From assembly GCA_050944155.1 (NCBI GenBank), contig JBMNQN010000004.1:1-64000 (forward strand): a DNA stretch of 64,000 bases, given 5' to 3'. Position numbers and translations under genes: made by a program. A model generated the notes under the pieces. The model worked only from the letters and a program-made list of their open reading frames with translations, was not told the origin of the DNA and ran no database searches. The DNA comes from Candidatus Methanomethylophilaceae archaeon (GTDB lineage: Archaea; Thermoplasmatota; Thermoplasmata; Methanomassiliicoccales; Methanomethylophilaceae). Shown one piece after another: positions 10,576 through 20,272 of this stretch (position 1 is its first letter; each line of letters starts with the position of its first letter).

Positions 10576-11204
10576 TTGTTATGGACGAAGAACTTCCCGA
10601 AGTCATCATTTTCGAATGCCCCTCGTGCGGAGAGGATACCGAGCACGAAATACTGAAGGGCAGATTCGGCAAGGCTTCGGTTTCCGGAACCTTCAGATGC
10701 AAAGAATGCGGAGAAATTTATCCCGCGACGGTGAGACTTCCCGAAGAGGTCAAAGTCAAAGTTCTTTACAGCGACGGAGACGTTACCAACGTTACCGAAA
10801 CGGTTCTGATGAGCAACGAAATCGTGGAAGTCGGAGACGAATTTTTCCTGGATACCGGCGAGAGGGTGAGGATAACCCATATAGACTCGGAAGACGGAAG
10901 GAAATCCAGAAAAGTTCTCGCTACCAAAGTCAAAAGCCTGTGGGTCAAACAGTTCGGAGTTCTCAGCGTAAAGGTTTCCGTAAACGACAACCACCGTACG
11001 CTGTCGGTGAGAACCGAAGCGGAACCGGACGACGAATTTGCGGTAGGTTCCGTCCTTTCTTTCGAAGATTTCGACTGTCTGGTACATGCGATAAAAACCA
11101 AGGACAGACTTATTAGAAAAGGCAGCGCCGAAGCGAGAAACATCACCCGTATTTACGGAAAACTGCGGAAAAAACAGTACGCCGTACTGGAATTCGACGA
11201 TTAA
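10572..11204 (+). CDS. HVO_0476-like archaeal zinc-finger protein
   Basis: CPSC...HEILK...CKEC N-terminus. Confidence 0.8.
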   Translation: MIVMDEELPEVIIFECPSCGEDTEHEILKGRFGKASVSGTFRCKECGEIYPATVRLPEEVKVKVLYSDGDVTNVTETVLMSNEIVEVGDEFFLDTGERVRITHIDSEDGRKSRKVLATKVKSLWVKQFGVLSVKVSVNDNHRTLSVRTEAEPDDEFAVGSVLSFEDFDCLVHAIKTKDRLIRKGSAEARNITRIYGKLRKKQYAVLEFDD

Positions 11205-11848
11205 TCGTTCAGAATAACGTCCAGAATGTCGGAAAGATTTTTTGAACGCACAACGGCGTCGGCAGCTTCGATTACATACTCGTCCAGAGGGTTGAACGCT
11301 ATCGACAGGGCGCTTTCCCTGAACATGCTCACGTCCGTTCTGGAATTTCCCACGGATACGGTTCTTTCTTTGCCTATGCCGTATTTTCTCTGAAACTCTC
11401 TGACGGTTTTTCCTTTGTCGCTCAGATTCACATGAACGATTCCTTCCCCGGTGAGCCTGCCGTCTTCGTACAGTTCCAGCCCGTCCGCGGCGTAATCGTC
11501 GAATCCGAATTTTTCTGCTATCGTTCGGGCGGCGATATCTATTCCGCCGCTGACTATGACGTTTTTTGCGCCTTCGGCGCCCAATGCGGAAATGGTTTCT
11601 CCGATTCCTTCGTTCAAAGGAAGCGTCTCTATAATTTCAGCGATATCGCGGATGTTTACGTCGGGTTTGATGCCCTTCCAGAGTGCTATGTCTCTTCTCA
11701 TAAATTCGGGTTCGTCTATCAGTCCGTTATGGAAAGCTTCCAGAGATTCTTCGTTATCGACTCCGAACGCGTGGTGGACCCAGCACCAGGAACTTCTGTA
11801 TTCGGTCAGAGTACCGTCCATATCAAAGCAAACCAGTCCGTATTTCAT
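11201..11848 (-). CDS. HAD-IB phosphatase (phosphoserine phosphatase-like)
   Basis: FDMDGTL, VSGG, VGNSRTD. Confidence 0.85.
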   Translation of the reverse strand: MKYGLVCFDMDGTLTEYRSSWCWVHHAFGVDNEESLEAFHNGLIDEPEFMRRDIALWKGIKPDVNIRDIAEIIETLPLNEGIGETISALGAEGAKNVIVSGGIDIAARTIAEKFGFDDYAADGLELYEDGRLTGEGIVHVNLSDKGKTVREFQRKYGIGKERTVSVGNSRTDVSMFRESALSIAFNPLDEYVIEAADAVVRSKNLSDILDVILND

Positions 11849-11860
11849 TTCAATCTCCGC

Positions 11861-12730
11861 TTACCGTCTGCGCATCATCAGAACCGACAGCAGGAAGAAC
11901 ACCGCGGCGGTTCCGAAGAGATACAGAACCGAGAACACGGGGTCGATCTGCCAGCTTCCGATGTTCAGATCATATCCCAGATACGTTCTCATAGTTTCTA
12001 CTTCTCCCGCGGTACCGAAAGTGGTTTCCATGGCTTCGGCACCGAAAATATCTCTGAAAATCGCTCCTGACTGGGTTGCGGGAATAACAGACATTACGTT
12101 CTGAATGCTTTTTGAAAAAATCCCCATGGGGATGAACGTTCCGGTTCCGAATCCGATCAGAATGTTGAGAATCATGATGAATCCGTTATAGGCCCCCTTG
12201 GAGTTTATGAAGAACGTAAGGAAGAACAGAATCGAACATGCCGAAAGGATGGACGGAACCATAAGTCCCACGGATATCAATATGTCGGAGGCGGTTATGT
12301 TCAGACCGTTGTAAACTGCCCAGATGCAGGCGAAGACCAGGAAAATCAAAGACATTACGAACGCAACCACGAATGTCGACAGGATGTATCCGAATGTAAT
12401 TGCCGACGTGTCCGCGGGAGAAGATCTGAAATCTCCGAAAGTTCCGGAAATTCTGTCGTAAAGGAGTCTCCCCATCGCTACGGCGGAAGCGGTTACCGGT
12501 ATTATTCCCAAAAGCCCTCCCGTGATCCAGGCGTCGGCCATAGTTCCGGGCGACGGATAATCGGCGAATTCGCCGACTATTCCGGACCTGAGTATTCCGA
12601 TGTACAGAAACAAAATTATTACTATCCCCATCAGTGTTGCAAGTACGGAGGACCTGTCCCTGAAAAACATCATCAGGTTTCTTTTGGTCATCGTGCCGGC
12701 GGTTTCGGCAAAAGATCTGAAATCGGTCAT
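11861..12730 (-). CDS. ABC-2 type transporter permease
   Basis: Multiple TM helices; KRNL..FFRD motif; in operon with ATPase. Confidence 0.88.
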   Translation of the reverse strand: MTDFRSFAETAGTMTKRNLMMFFRDRSSVLATLMGIVIILFLYIGILRSGIVGEFADYPSPGTMADAWITGGLLGIIPVTASAVAMGRLLYDRISGTFGDFRSSPADTSAITFGYILSTFVVAFVMSLIFLVFACIWAVYNGLNITASDILISVGLMVPSILSACSILFFLTFFINSKGAYNGFIMILNILIGFGTGTFIPMGIFSKSIQNVMSVIPATQSGAIFRDIFGAEAMETTFGTAGEVETMRTYLGYDLNIGSWQIDPVFSVLYLFGTAAVFFLLSVLMMRRR

Positions 12731-13611
12731 GCCTTTCTCCTGCCGACGTTCAGAACGGCGAGAACGAAGAAAACTGCTGCCGATACCGCAAGTATCGCAA
12801 CGCTCACCCAGGGTTCGTAGGCCCAGCTTCCAGCGTAAAGGTCGAATCCCATATCGTGTCTGAAATCGGAAAGCATTCCGGGCGGAGCTCCGGCAAAGAG
12901 TTCGGATGTTTTTTCTCCTCCGATTATGTCTCTGAACAGAGACGCCGAATGGCTCATGGGCATCGCCGAAAATACGCCGGCGACGGCTCCGGGAAGGTTT
13001 CCCAGCGGAATGTACATTCCGACTATGAATCCGGACAGAATTCCCACGGCCATGGAAAGTCCGGAATGCCCCCCGTCGGTATTTATGAAGGTCACCATAA
13101 AAAACAGAACCGAAGCGGACGAGAGCACGGAAAGAGCCAGCACCCCCAGAACTTTAACGAGTTGAACAGCGTTCAGAACCGTTCCGCCGATTGCCGCCAT
13201 GTAAATCTGACAGAACACGAGGACAATCACAGACATCAAAAGGCTGACCGCAACCGACGCAAGAATGTATCCGAAGGTCATAGACATGGGTGAGACCGGA
13301 GATACGGCGAAGTCTCTGAAACCGCCCGAAGTTTTGTCGTTTACGAGTATCCCCAAAGCTCCCAGGGACGTGGTTACGGGAACCACCGCCATGAGTCCGG
13401 CAATCATCCAAAGATCTATCACGTTCGCCGCACCGGGAAATTCCAGGTCGCTTACGAAGGCCGTCCTGAGAAAGGCGGCGTAAAGACCCAGTATCACGAA
13501 AGCCCCCAGAAGAGAGAAGAATACGGTTCCACGGTCCCGGAAGTAAGAGATAAGATTTCTCCGGGTGAAATAGAGAACGGAGTTCTTTTCCGGGGCTTCG
13601 AAATCCGTCAG
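12727..13611 (-). CDS. ABC-2 type transporter permease (probable CTG start)
   Basis: Paralog of downstream permease; frame extends to CTG at 13611 (LTDF...RRNLISYFRDR). Confidence 0.85.
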   Translation of the reverse strand: MTDFEAPEKNSVLYFTRRNLISYFRDRGTVFFSLLGAFVILGLYAAFLRTAFVSDLEFPGAANVIDLWMIAGLMAVVPVTTSLGALGILVNDKTSGGFRDFAVSPVSPMSMTFGYILASVAVSLLMSVIVLVFCQIYMAAIGGTVLNAVQLVKVLGVLALSVLSSASVLFFMVTFINTDGGHSGLSMAVGILSGFIVGMYIPLGNLPGAVAGVFSAMPMSHSASLFRDIIGGEKTSELFAGAPPGMLSDFRHDMGFDLYAGSWAYEPWVSVAILAVSAAVFFVLAVLNVGRRKA

Positions 13612-14519
13612 CGTATCGCTTCCCCCGTGATTTCTATGAACGCGTCGTCCATGGTCCCCATTCTGACCTCGAGAGAAGAGATCAGGTCTTTGTATCTGTT
13701 AAGGAGGGCGATGGAACTTTTTGTGTCTTTCAGTTTTATTTTTACCCTGTCCCCTGCCTTTTCGAATTCCGTGCCGTCCGCTTCCAGTACGGATATCAGT
13801 GCGTCCATGTCGTTCGGAATAAGAGTCAGAACGTCCGAGGTAAATTCTTCCTTGAGATACGAAGGGCTTCCTTCGGCGGCAATCTTCCCGTCGTCGATGA
13901 TTACGACGTAATCCGCCACTTCCGCCTCTTCCATGTAGTGGGTGGTGAGGAAAACCGTCATCCCCTCCTCTTTTTTCAGGTCTGTGATGGTGTCCCAGAT
14001 TTTTCTTCTGGTCTGGGGGTCCAGACCCGTGGTGGGTTCGTCGAGCATCAGTATTTTCGGTTTGCTCACCAAAGCTCTGGCTATGTCTGCTCTCCTCTTC
14101 TGTCCTCCGGACAGTTTTCCGTATCTTCGGTCGAGAAATTCTTCTGTTCCGGCGGAATCCGAGGCCCAGACAATCTGTTCTTCCAGTTCCTCCCCTTTCA
14201 GGCCGTAAAGCGCCCCGCGGATACGCAGATTTTCCCTTACGGTCAGAAGAGGATCGAGAATGCTGGTCTGGAAGACGATTCCCAGAGTTTTCCTTATTTC
14301 CGTATCGTCTTTTCCCAGAATGTTTCCGTTAACGCTGACGCTTCCGGAATCGGGCTTCAGAACCGTACAGATAATGTTGATAACGGTGCTCTTCCCCGCA
14401 CCGTTGGGCCCCAGAAAAGCGAACAGTGAATTTTCTTCCACGGAAAACGAAATCCCGTCGACGGCAACGACGTCGCCGTAGTTTTTTCTCAGCCCGTCGA
14501 CCTTTATGATTTCGGCCAT
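13608..14519 (-). CDS. ABC transporter ATP-binding protein
   Basis: GPNGAGKST, LSGGQ, LDEPT, TTHY. Confidence 0.95.
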   Translation of the reverse strand: MAEIIKVDGLRKNYGDVVAVDGISFSVEENSLFAFLGPNGAGKSTVINIICTVLKPDSGSVSVNGNILGKDDTEIRKTLGIVFQTSILDPLLTVRENLRIRGALYGLKGEELEEQIVWASDSAGTEEFLDRRYGKLSGGQKRRADIARALVSKPKILMLDEPTTGLDPQTRRKIWDTITDLKKEEGMTVFLTTHYMEEAEVADYVVIIDDGKIAAEGSPSYLKEEFTSDVLTLIPNDMDALISVLEADGTEFEKAGDRVKIKLKDTKSSIALLNRYKDLISSLEVRMGTMDDAFIEITGEAIR

Positions 14520-14614
14520 GACAGGCTACCGAGCCACACATTATATCACCCTTTTTTACCTACCCGAAATACGTAAATTTTCCCGTCAGCGATTTTAACG
14601 TTGAAGGATATCGC

Positions 14615-15334
14615 ATGCCGATGCTGCTGATTGTGGGCACCGGACACGTGTTCAAACTGGAAGATTCCGTACGCTTCATCATAAAAAATTCCTGGCCCGA
14701 CGCCGTATTGGTGGAATTGGACGAGAAAAGATACAGAGTTCTCGACGGAACTTACGACTATCCCAAAGATGCGGAGCCGAAAAAAATTCCCAGGGCGATA
14801 CGCAATCTGGGAAAGTCCCAGAGCCGCACCGCCGTAAGATACGGGACGTATGTCGGCTTCGAGTTATTGGAGGCGGTGAGGGCAGGAAAGGCTTCCGGAG
14901 CCGAAGTCATTCTCATGGACGGGGACGCGGTGGAAACCCTGGTGAGAATGTGGAACGAAATGTCCCTCGCCGAAAAAATCAGATGGAGGTTCTCTTCGTT
15001 CTTCGGAAGCATAAGGCCCAAGAAAAACATGGAAAAGACCCAGACGGATTTTTCGGAGAACGAAAAGGAGTACATGGAGAGGATGAGAAAACGTTTTCCC
15101 ACCATGATGAGAATACTCCACGACGAGAGAAACAGAGTCATGGCCGACGCGATAACGGAAGCTTACGGGCGTCATAAAAAAATCATCGCGGTGGTGGGAG
15201 ATGCCCACGTGGAAGGTATATGCGCTCTCCTTCCCGAGGACACGAAAGTGAAAAAAATACGCCTGGCGGACATCAGGGACGAGAAGAAGATGGGAAAGAT
15301 AATGTCCGATATATGGTATGACAGGGTCGAGTGA
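14615..15334 (+). CDS. TraB/GumN family protein
   Basis: GTGHV, VLVELD..R, ERNRVM, VVGDAH. Confidence 0.85.
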   Translation: MPMLLIVGTGHVFKLEDSVRFIIKNSWPDAVLVELDEKRYRVLDGTYDYPKDAEPKKIPRAIRNLGKSQSRTAVRYGTYVGFELLEAVRAGKASGAEVILMDGDAVETLVRMWNEMSLAEKIRWRFSSFFGSIRPKKNMEKTQTDFSENEKEYMERMRKRFPTMMRILHDERNRVMADAITEAYGRHKKIIAVVGDAHVEGICALLPEDTKVKKIRLADIRDEKKMGKIMSDIWYDRVE

Positions 15335-15335
15335 A

Positions 15336-15995
15336 ATGAGAGTCGTTCTGCTTGCTTACACGCCGGATGCGGACGAAATATGCGCCGCCGCCGGAAGATC
15401 CTGCTATTCCGAAAAGCCCGCCGACGAGCTGAAAGGTACGGGCAATGCGGAGAAGTCGCTGGCTTCCATAGTGGGCATGGGCCATTATTCCGTGGTCGAA
15501 CACGCTTCGTTCACTTTTTCCGTATCGGGAGTTTCCAGATCGCTTACCCATCAGCTGGTAAGGCACCGCATAGCTTCCTATTCCCAGCAGTCCCAGAGGT
15601 ATGTGGGAATGAAAAATCCGGACTACGTAACTCCGCCCACCATAGCGGCGGACACGGAACTTCTGCGCATATACGACGAGGCGATGAAAAACATCTGGGA
15701 CGTTTATTCCAGATTGGGAGAAAGGATTCCCGCCGAAGACGCAAGATACGTTCTTCCCAACGGGTGCACCACCAACATCACGATAACAATGAATGCCCGC
15801 GAACTCCTTCATTTCTTTTCGTTAAGGTGCTGCGAAAGGGCCCAGTGGGAAATCAGGGGATTGGCGGAGAAGATGCTGGCACTGTGTCTGGAAGTTTCGC
15901 CCACGATTTTCAAAGACGCGGGGCCCCCCTGCATGAGAGGGCCGTGTCCCGAGGGGGAGAAGTCCTGCGGATATCCGAGAAAGAAAAGAAATTGA
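15336..15995 (+). CDS. thyX: FAD-dependent thymidylate synthase
   Basis: GHYSVVEH, HQLVRHRIASYSQQSQRY. Confidence 0.96.
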   Translation: MRVVLLAYTPDADEICAAAGRSCYSEKPADELKGTGNAEKSLASIVGMGHYSVVEHASFTFSVSGVSRSLTHQLVRHRIASYSQQSQRYVGMKNPDYVTPPTIAADTELLRIYDEAMKNIWDVYSRLGERIPAEDARYVLPNGCTTNITITMNARELLHFFSLRCCERAQWEIRGLAEKMLALCLEVSPTIFKDAGPPCMRGPCPEGEKSCGYPRKKRN

Positions 15996-16154
15996 AATAC
16001 TTCGGACCGGTTCCGGAGACAGTGAAAATTTTCGGCCGTATTTCAATTAACGTATGGCCGTACTGATGAATCTGTTAGCGATACATTGATGGTTTTATGG
16101 ATACGCATAGTGTGATTTTCCATCCGTGTATTCCGACGGGGCCGGAACCGACAC

Positions 16155-16379
16155 TCAGTCGCTTTTCTTTTCCGACAGTTTCTTTCTGGCCTCTTCCTGG
16201 GTTTTGCTGTCGTTTGCTATGGAAAGCAGTTCTTCAAGATCTATACCCAATTCCTCGGCGATGCACTCCATCAGAAATTCCAATCTCAGGAGTCTTTTGT
16301 TGAAACTTTTGGTCGTAAGGTTACTTTTTCCCCAGATGGGGTCGTCGCCGTACCATACGGCACCCTTCTGAAAAGACAT
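16155..16379 (-). CDS. Small hypothetical protein
   Basis: 74 aa ORF in an intergenic gap, SD-like GAGG upstream, plausible composition. Confidence 0.55.
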   Translation of the reverse strand: MSFQKGAVWYGDDPIWGKSNLTTKSFNKRLLRLEFLMECIAEELGIDLEELLSIANDSKTQEEARKKLSEKKSD

Positions 16380-16512
16380 TTTGCTGGCCTCATCCGTCTA
16401 CGACGTTACCGAGTTATGTTTTTTGCCTCATCGGTTCCGATTCTCGGTACAAAACATTTCTGAAAAGCCTTATATAGGGAATATCCTTAATCGGAGGTAC
16501 TCGGTGAAAGAT

Positions 16513-16704
16513 ATGGGAAGAATAAGACCCACATACATCAAGAGAGTGTCCATAGAACTCCTCGACAAATATCCGCAGGCCTTTAACAGAGACTTCGAGA
16601 ACAACAAGGAGATGGTGAGCACTCTCACGGACGTTACCTCTATTATGATGAGGAACAGGATTGCGGGATACATCACCCGTTACCTGTCCCACCCTGAGGT
16701 CTAA
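16513..16704 (+). CDS. rps17e: 30S ribosomal protein S17e
   Basis: MGRIRPTYIKR...DFENNK...RNRIAGYITR. Confidence 0.96.
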   Translation: MGRIRPTYIKRVSIELLDKYPQAFNRDFENNKEMVSTLTDVTSIMMRNRIAGYITRYLSHPEV

Positions 16705-16738
16705 ACACCTTAGGTCGCAAGACTTTTTCCGCTTTTTT

Positions 16739-16815
16739 GCTCGCGTAGGGTAGCCTGGATATCCTGAGAGATTGCGGATCTCTTGACCCGGATTCGAATT
16801 CCGGCGCGAGCGCCA
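16739..16815 (+). tRNA. tRNA-Arg(GCG)
   Basis: Acceptor GCTCGCG/CGCGAGC, anticodon arm AGAGA-TTGCGGA-TCTCT, TTCGAAT loop, encoded CCA. Confidence 0.95.
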
Positions 16816-18744
16816 TCATTCGTTTCCGTTTTTCGGCCACACCTTTTCCGTTATTTCGGAGTCTCCCGGCGGGAGTATGTGAGAAATCTCCTCCTCCGGA
16901 ACTTCAAAAGCCCTGGCGATTTCTCCCGCGGATTTCTTGTGTTTTCCTCTGCCCGGACGTATTATGAAATATTTCTCCGAAGATTTTTTTATCACTTCGG
17001 GAGGGGCGCACATTATTTTCCTCGCACCCTGGTACTCGATTTCTCCCACGGCCATCTCCGTCTGTATGTGGAATTCGTAATTTCTTTTTCCGCGGATAAT
17101 GAATGCTCCCCTGGGAACGAACTCTCCCGGGTTGGGTGTTTTGCTCACCTGATCGGGATAGACCCAGAAAGCACTTCCGTCGGACAGGGCCGATACCCAC
17201 GCCTTGGAATGGCAGAAGGCGAATATGCACGCCTGTCTGAATTCTTCCGGAGATGCGGAAACGCCGTCTTTGAGTATAACGGACGGAGCTCCGTGGATGT
17301 CCGCGTGTACGTAAATGTCCCCTTCCTTCATGTGTTTCTTCACGGCGCTGTCGTTGCTGCGGGCGTCTTTTCCGGCGATGACCAGTTTTCCGCTTTCCGT
17401 GAAAAACCATTTGTAGCGGTCGAACCAGAATTGTTTGGTGGGCTGTGCGCGGTTAAGTGCCAGATGCTTTTCTTTTTCGAATCCTTTCTCCGCACGCCTG
17501 AGCTCTTCCAGACTCTCTGCGAGAGCGTCTTCGGCTCTTTTTCCCCGGTCCCCTATGTCTTTTCCGGCCTGGTATATCAGCGAAGCGTTTGCGTCGAGGT
17601 TTTTCGTATAATCCAGAGTAACCTCTGTTCCCCCCAGTTTTGCGGTCACGCTGTTTTTGGAAGGGTCTATGGATTTTACGAAAGGTATTTTCATCGCTCC
17701 CTCGGCGAGTTTCTCCCACGTTAATTTTTTCGACTGTTCGTTAAGCACTTCGAGAAGTTCGCTGGCTCTTTGGTAATCGGTGTAAAGTCCGTCGGCCTGC
17801 ATTCTCAGTTCTTCCGCTTCCCGTCTGTATTCGGAAACGATTTCTTCCTGCTTTTCCGCTCTGCGTCTGAGTTTTATTATCTCGGGATCGACGTAATCGG
17901 CGGTTTCCTGCCGTTCGGTTTCTTTCATGAAAGCGTCGATTGCCAGAGATATGGTTTCGAAACGCTCGGCTTCCGCATTCCCGTAAGAAACTAGTTTCAC
18001 CGGAGCTATGTCCGTTATTTTTCCGTCGGTTCTGTATACGGTGGGTTCGGGGTCGGATCCGGCGGAAAGAACGAGTCCGTTTATTTCTTCGAATATTTTC
18101 TTCAGCTCATCTTCCCGAACGTTTTTCGCTGGTATGGTTTTGTCAAGACCCAGGCGTGCGCAGACTTCTTCCGCGTACTGTCCGCCCAGGTTCACGGAGG
18201 CGGCCAGAGTTCTGACGGTATCCGCCGCGGAAGCTCTGAACAGCGATGAAAATTCTTCGTACGAAGAGGTTCCCGGTTCGAAACGGGGTTTCGGCATAAC
18301 GTATTCTTCGCCGGGGCGTACCGCTCTGTCCCTGTAGGTTTTGTGTATCAGACAGTTTACAATCTTTCCTTCGGAAACCAGAAGTACGTTGCCTCCGCCG
18401 AATATTTCGAATACAAGTTCGTAAGAAACGTCGGCTTTCGAAAGCTCCACGACGGCTATGCGGTCGAATCCAGCCTGGTATACCTTTCCGATTCTGGCAT
18501 TATCCAGGTATTTGCGCATGAAACCGGCGAAAGACGTGGGAAGATCCGGAGTTTCGGGCTTCTCGGGAGGCATGTAAAGCCATTTTCTGTCTTTGAAAAA
18601 CAGCTCTTTTTTTCCTCCCGGAACGCTTATTCTGAACAGTACGTTGGAACCCCAGTGGAATATTTTGTCCATATGGGCTCCCTCGAGCACGGCCATCTCC
18701 GATACCACGGAACGCAGGTCGAGAGAACTCATTTCTTTCTTCAT
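16816..18744 (-). CDS. rqcH: Ribosome rescue protein RqcH (NEMF/FbpA family)
   Basis: FDRI, GGNVLL, WFDRYKWF, HADIHGAP, GAFIIRG. Confidence 0.92.
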   Translation of the reverse strand: MKKEMSSLDLRSVVSEMAVLEGAHMDKIFHWGSNVLFRISVPGGKKELFFKDRKWLYMPPEKPETPDLPTSFAGFMRKYLDNARIGKVYQAGFDRIAVVELSKADVSYELVFEIFGGGNVLLVSEGKIVNCLIHKTYRDRAVRPGEEYVMPKPRFEPGTSSYEEFSSLFRASAADTVRTLAASVNLGGQYAEEVCARLGLDKTIPAKNVREDELKKIFEEINGLVLSAGSDPEPTVYRTDGKITDIAPVKLVSYGNAEAERFETISLAIDAFMKETERQETADYVDPEIIKLRRRAEKQEEIVSEYRREAEELRMQADGLYTDYQRASELLEVLNEQSKKLTWEKLAEGAMKIPFVKSIDPSKNSVTAKLGGTEVTLDYTKNLDANASLIYQAGKDIGDRGKRAEDALAESLEELRRAEKGFEKEKHLALNRAQPTKQFWFDRYKWFFTESGKLVIAGKDARSNDSAVKKHMKEGDIYVHADIHGAPSVILKDGVSASPEEFRQACIFAFCHSKAWVSALSDGSAFWVYPDQVSKTPNPGEFVPRGAFIIRGKRNYEFHIQTEMAVGEIEYQGARKIMCAPPEVIKKSSEKYFIIRPGRGKHKKSAGEIARAFEVPEEEISHILPPGDSEITEKVWPKNGNE

Positions 18745-18862
18745 ATTCTTCGGTTAAGCGCGGTTCCGATATAATTCAGTCGGTTCGGAGCGTTTTGCGC
18801 TCCGTACGAAAGGAGTCTGCCAGAAAGATTTATGAACTATACACTAATTAGGACGGTTCACC

Positions 18863-18937
18863 GCCGCTGTGGCTAAGGGGTATAGCGACGCCTTGGTAAG
18901 GCGTAGGTCGAGGGTTCAATTCCCTCCAGCGGCTCCA
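18863..18937 (+). tRNA. tRNA-Thr(GGT)
   Basis: GCCGCTG/CAGCGGC, ACGCC-TTGGTAA-GGCGT, encoded CCA. Confidence 0.95.
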
Positions 18938-18939
18938 TC

Positions 18940-20121
18940 TCATACCATTCTGTACATTACCCATCCGGACCAGATTTTCGGGAAGAAGTACGTGGTTTTC
19001 TTGGGCATGCGTTTTCCTTCGACCGAAAGATTACGCACGGTATCGTACTCGGGCCTGTTCAGGACGATTGCCAGATCGTACTGTCCCGCCTTCATCTTCT
19101 CTTTCACGGAATCCAGTTCCGCATCGTAGTCCACTTCGGACTTGCCCTCGTCCCATTTGTAAACGTCTTTGAGAATTCTTTCCTGGGCTATGTACGTATC
19201 AATGTTCACCGGTTCGGTTCCTTTGTAATCCGCAACGAAGAATTTTCCGGAGCGGGTTATGAATCCCATGTCGTGCTCCGGAAGCATCTTTTCCAGATCG
19301 TTTTCGGAAACCTCCGTCGTTTCGAATGTCTTGTTTATTTTTCTGAGAGCGTTCGATTCGGAGATGGATTCCGTTTTCACCAGACGGTGGGTGGGCCATA
19401 TGACCAGACCCGGGTCGTTTCCCGCGACAAGTGTCGCCAGAACGTAGCCCTTCTTTTCGGAATCGGGATTTTCTTCCGAATACGCAAGAGCGGTTTCGTA
19501 CCTGTGGTGGCCGTCCGCGATGAGCATCTTCTGATCTTTCAGTTCGTTTACGATTCCGGCGACGGTTTCCGGGTCGGAAAGTCTGCAGTATCTGTGTTCC
19601 ACCCCGTCATCGTCGGAAAATCTGTAAATCAGTCTTTCGTTGTCGCGGATTTTTTTGCCCAGTTCCGGTGTCAGAACGTCGTACATTCCGAAGATGGATT
19701 CGAGATGGGTTTCCATGTCCCTGAGAAGGTTGAGGCGGTCCGCCTTGACTTTGGAAAACGTTTCTTCGTGGGGAACGACGTTTCCGTTTTCGTAGGGTTC
19801 GGTTTTCAGTATTCCCACGATTCCCGTACGGGTCATCTTTTTTCCGGAATCTTCGAAAGTCTGTTCGTAAATGTAGAAGGAATCGGAATCCTCTTTGAGT
19901 GCGCCTTCGGCAATCCATCCCTCCAGTTCTTTTCTGGAACCGTGATACCTTCCGTCGGTGTCCGGAGAGAGAGTGAGTCTCGTTATGTTGTACGGGAAAC
20001 TGCGGAGCTCCTTCAGATAATCGGGTCCGATGACGTCGTAAGGAGGACTGATTCTTTCGCCTATAGGTCCGCCTTTTTCCATGGCGGGTCTTAAGCCGGG
20101 AAACGGAAGAAATGTAACCAT
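18940..20121 (-). CDS. DUF1015 family protein
   Basis: SPPYDVI, PHEET, IADGHHRY, MPKKTTYFFPK. Confidence 0.9.
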   Translation of the reverse strand: MVTFLPFPGLRPAMEKGGPIGERISPPYDVIGPDYLKELRSFPYNITRLTLSPDTDGRYHGSRKELEGWIAEGALKEDSDSFYIYEQTFEDSGKKMTRTGIVGILKTEPYENGNVVPHEETFSKVKADRLNLLRDMETHLESIFGMYDVLTPELGKKIRDNERLIYRFSDDDGVEHRYCRLSDPETVAGIVNELKDQKMLIADGHHRYETALAYSEENPDSEKKGYVLATLVAGNDPGLVIWPTHRLVKTESISESNALRKINKTFETTEVSENDLEKMLPEHDMGFITRSGKFFVADYKGTEPVNIDTYIAQERILKDVYKWDEGKSEVDYDAELDSVKEKMKAGQYDLAIVLNRPEYDTVRNLSVEGKRMPKKTTYFFPKIWSGWVMYRMV

Positions 20122-20272
20122 AATATCAGGGACATGCCATGGATTACGATTATTTTAAACTGAGTTTGACACCGATTTGCCTGTTAACCGCATATACGGG
20201 CATGTGCCGAACGTTATCGGATGCACGGACTTCCGTTCCGCATATTTCCGGATTCCGCCGGAAAATCGCTGT

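Noticed and set aside
18869-19129. Short ORFs overlapping tRNAs (also 16783, 58982)
   Set aside because: Translations of tRNA genes or antisense to real CDSs
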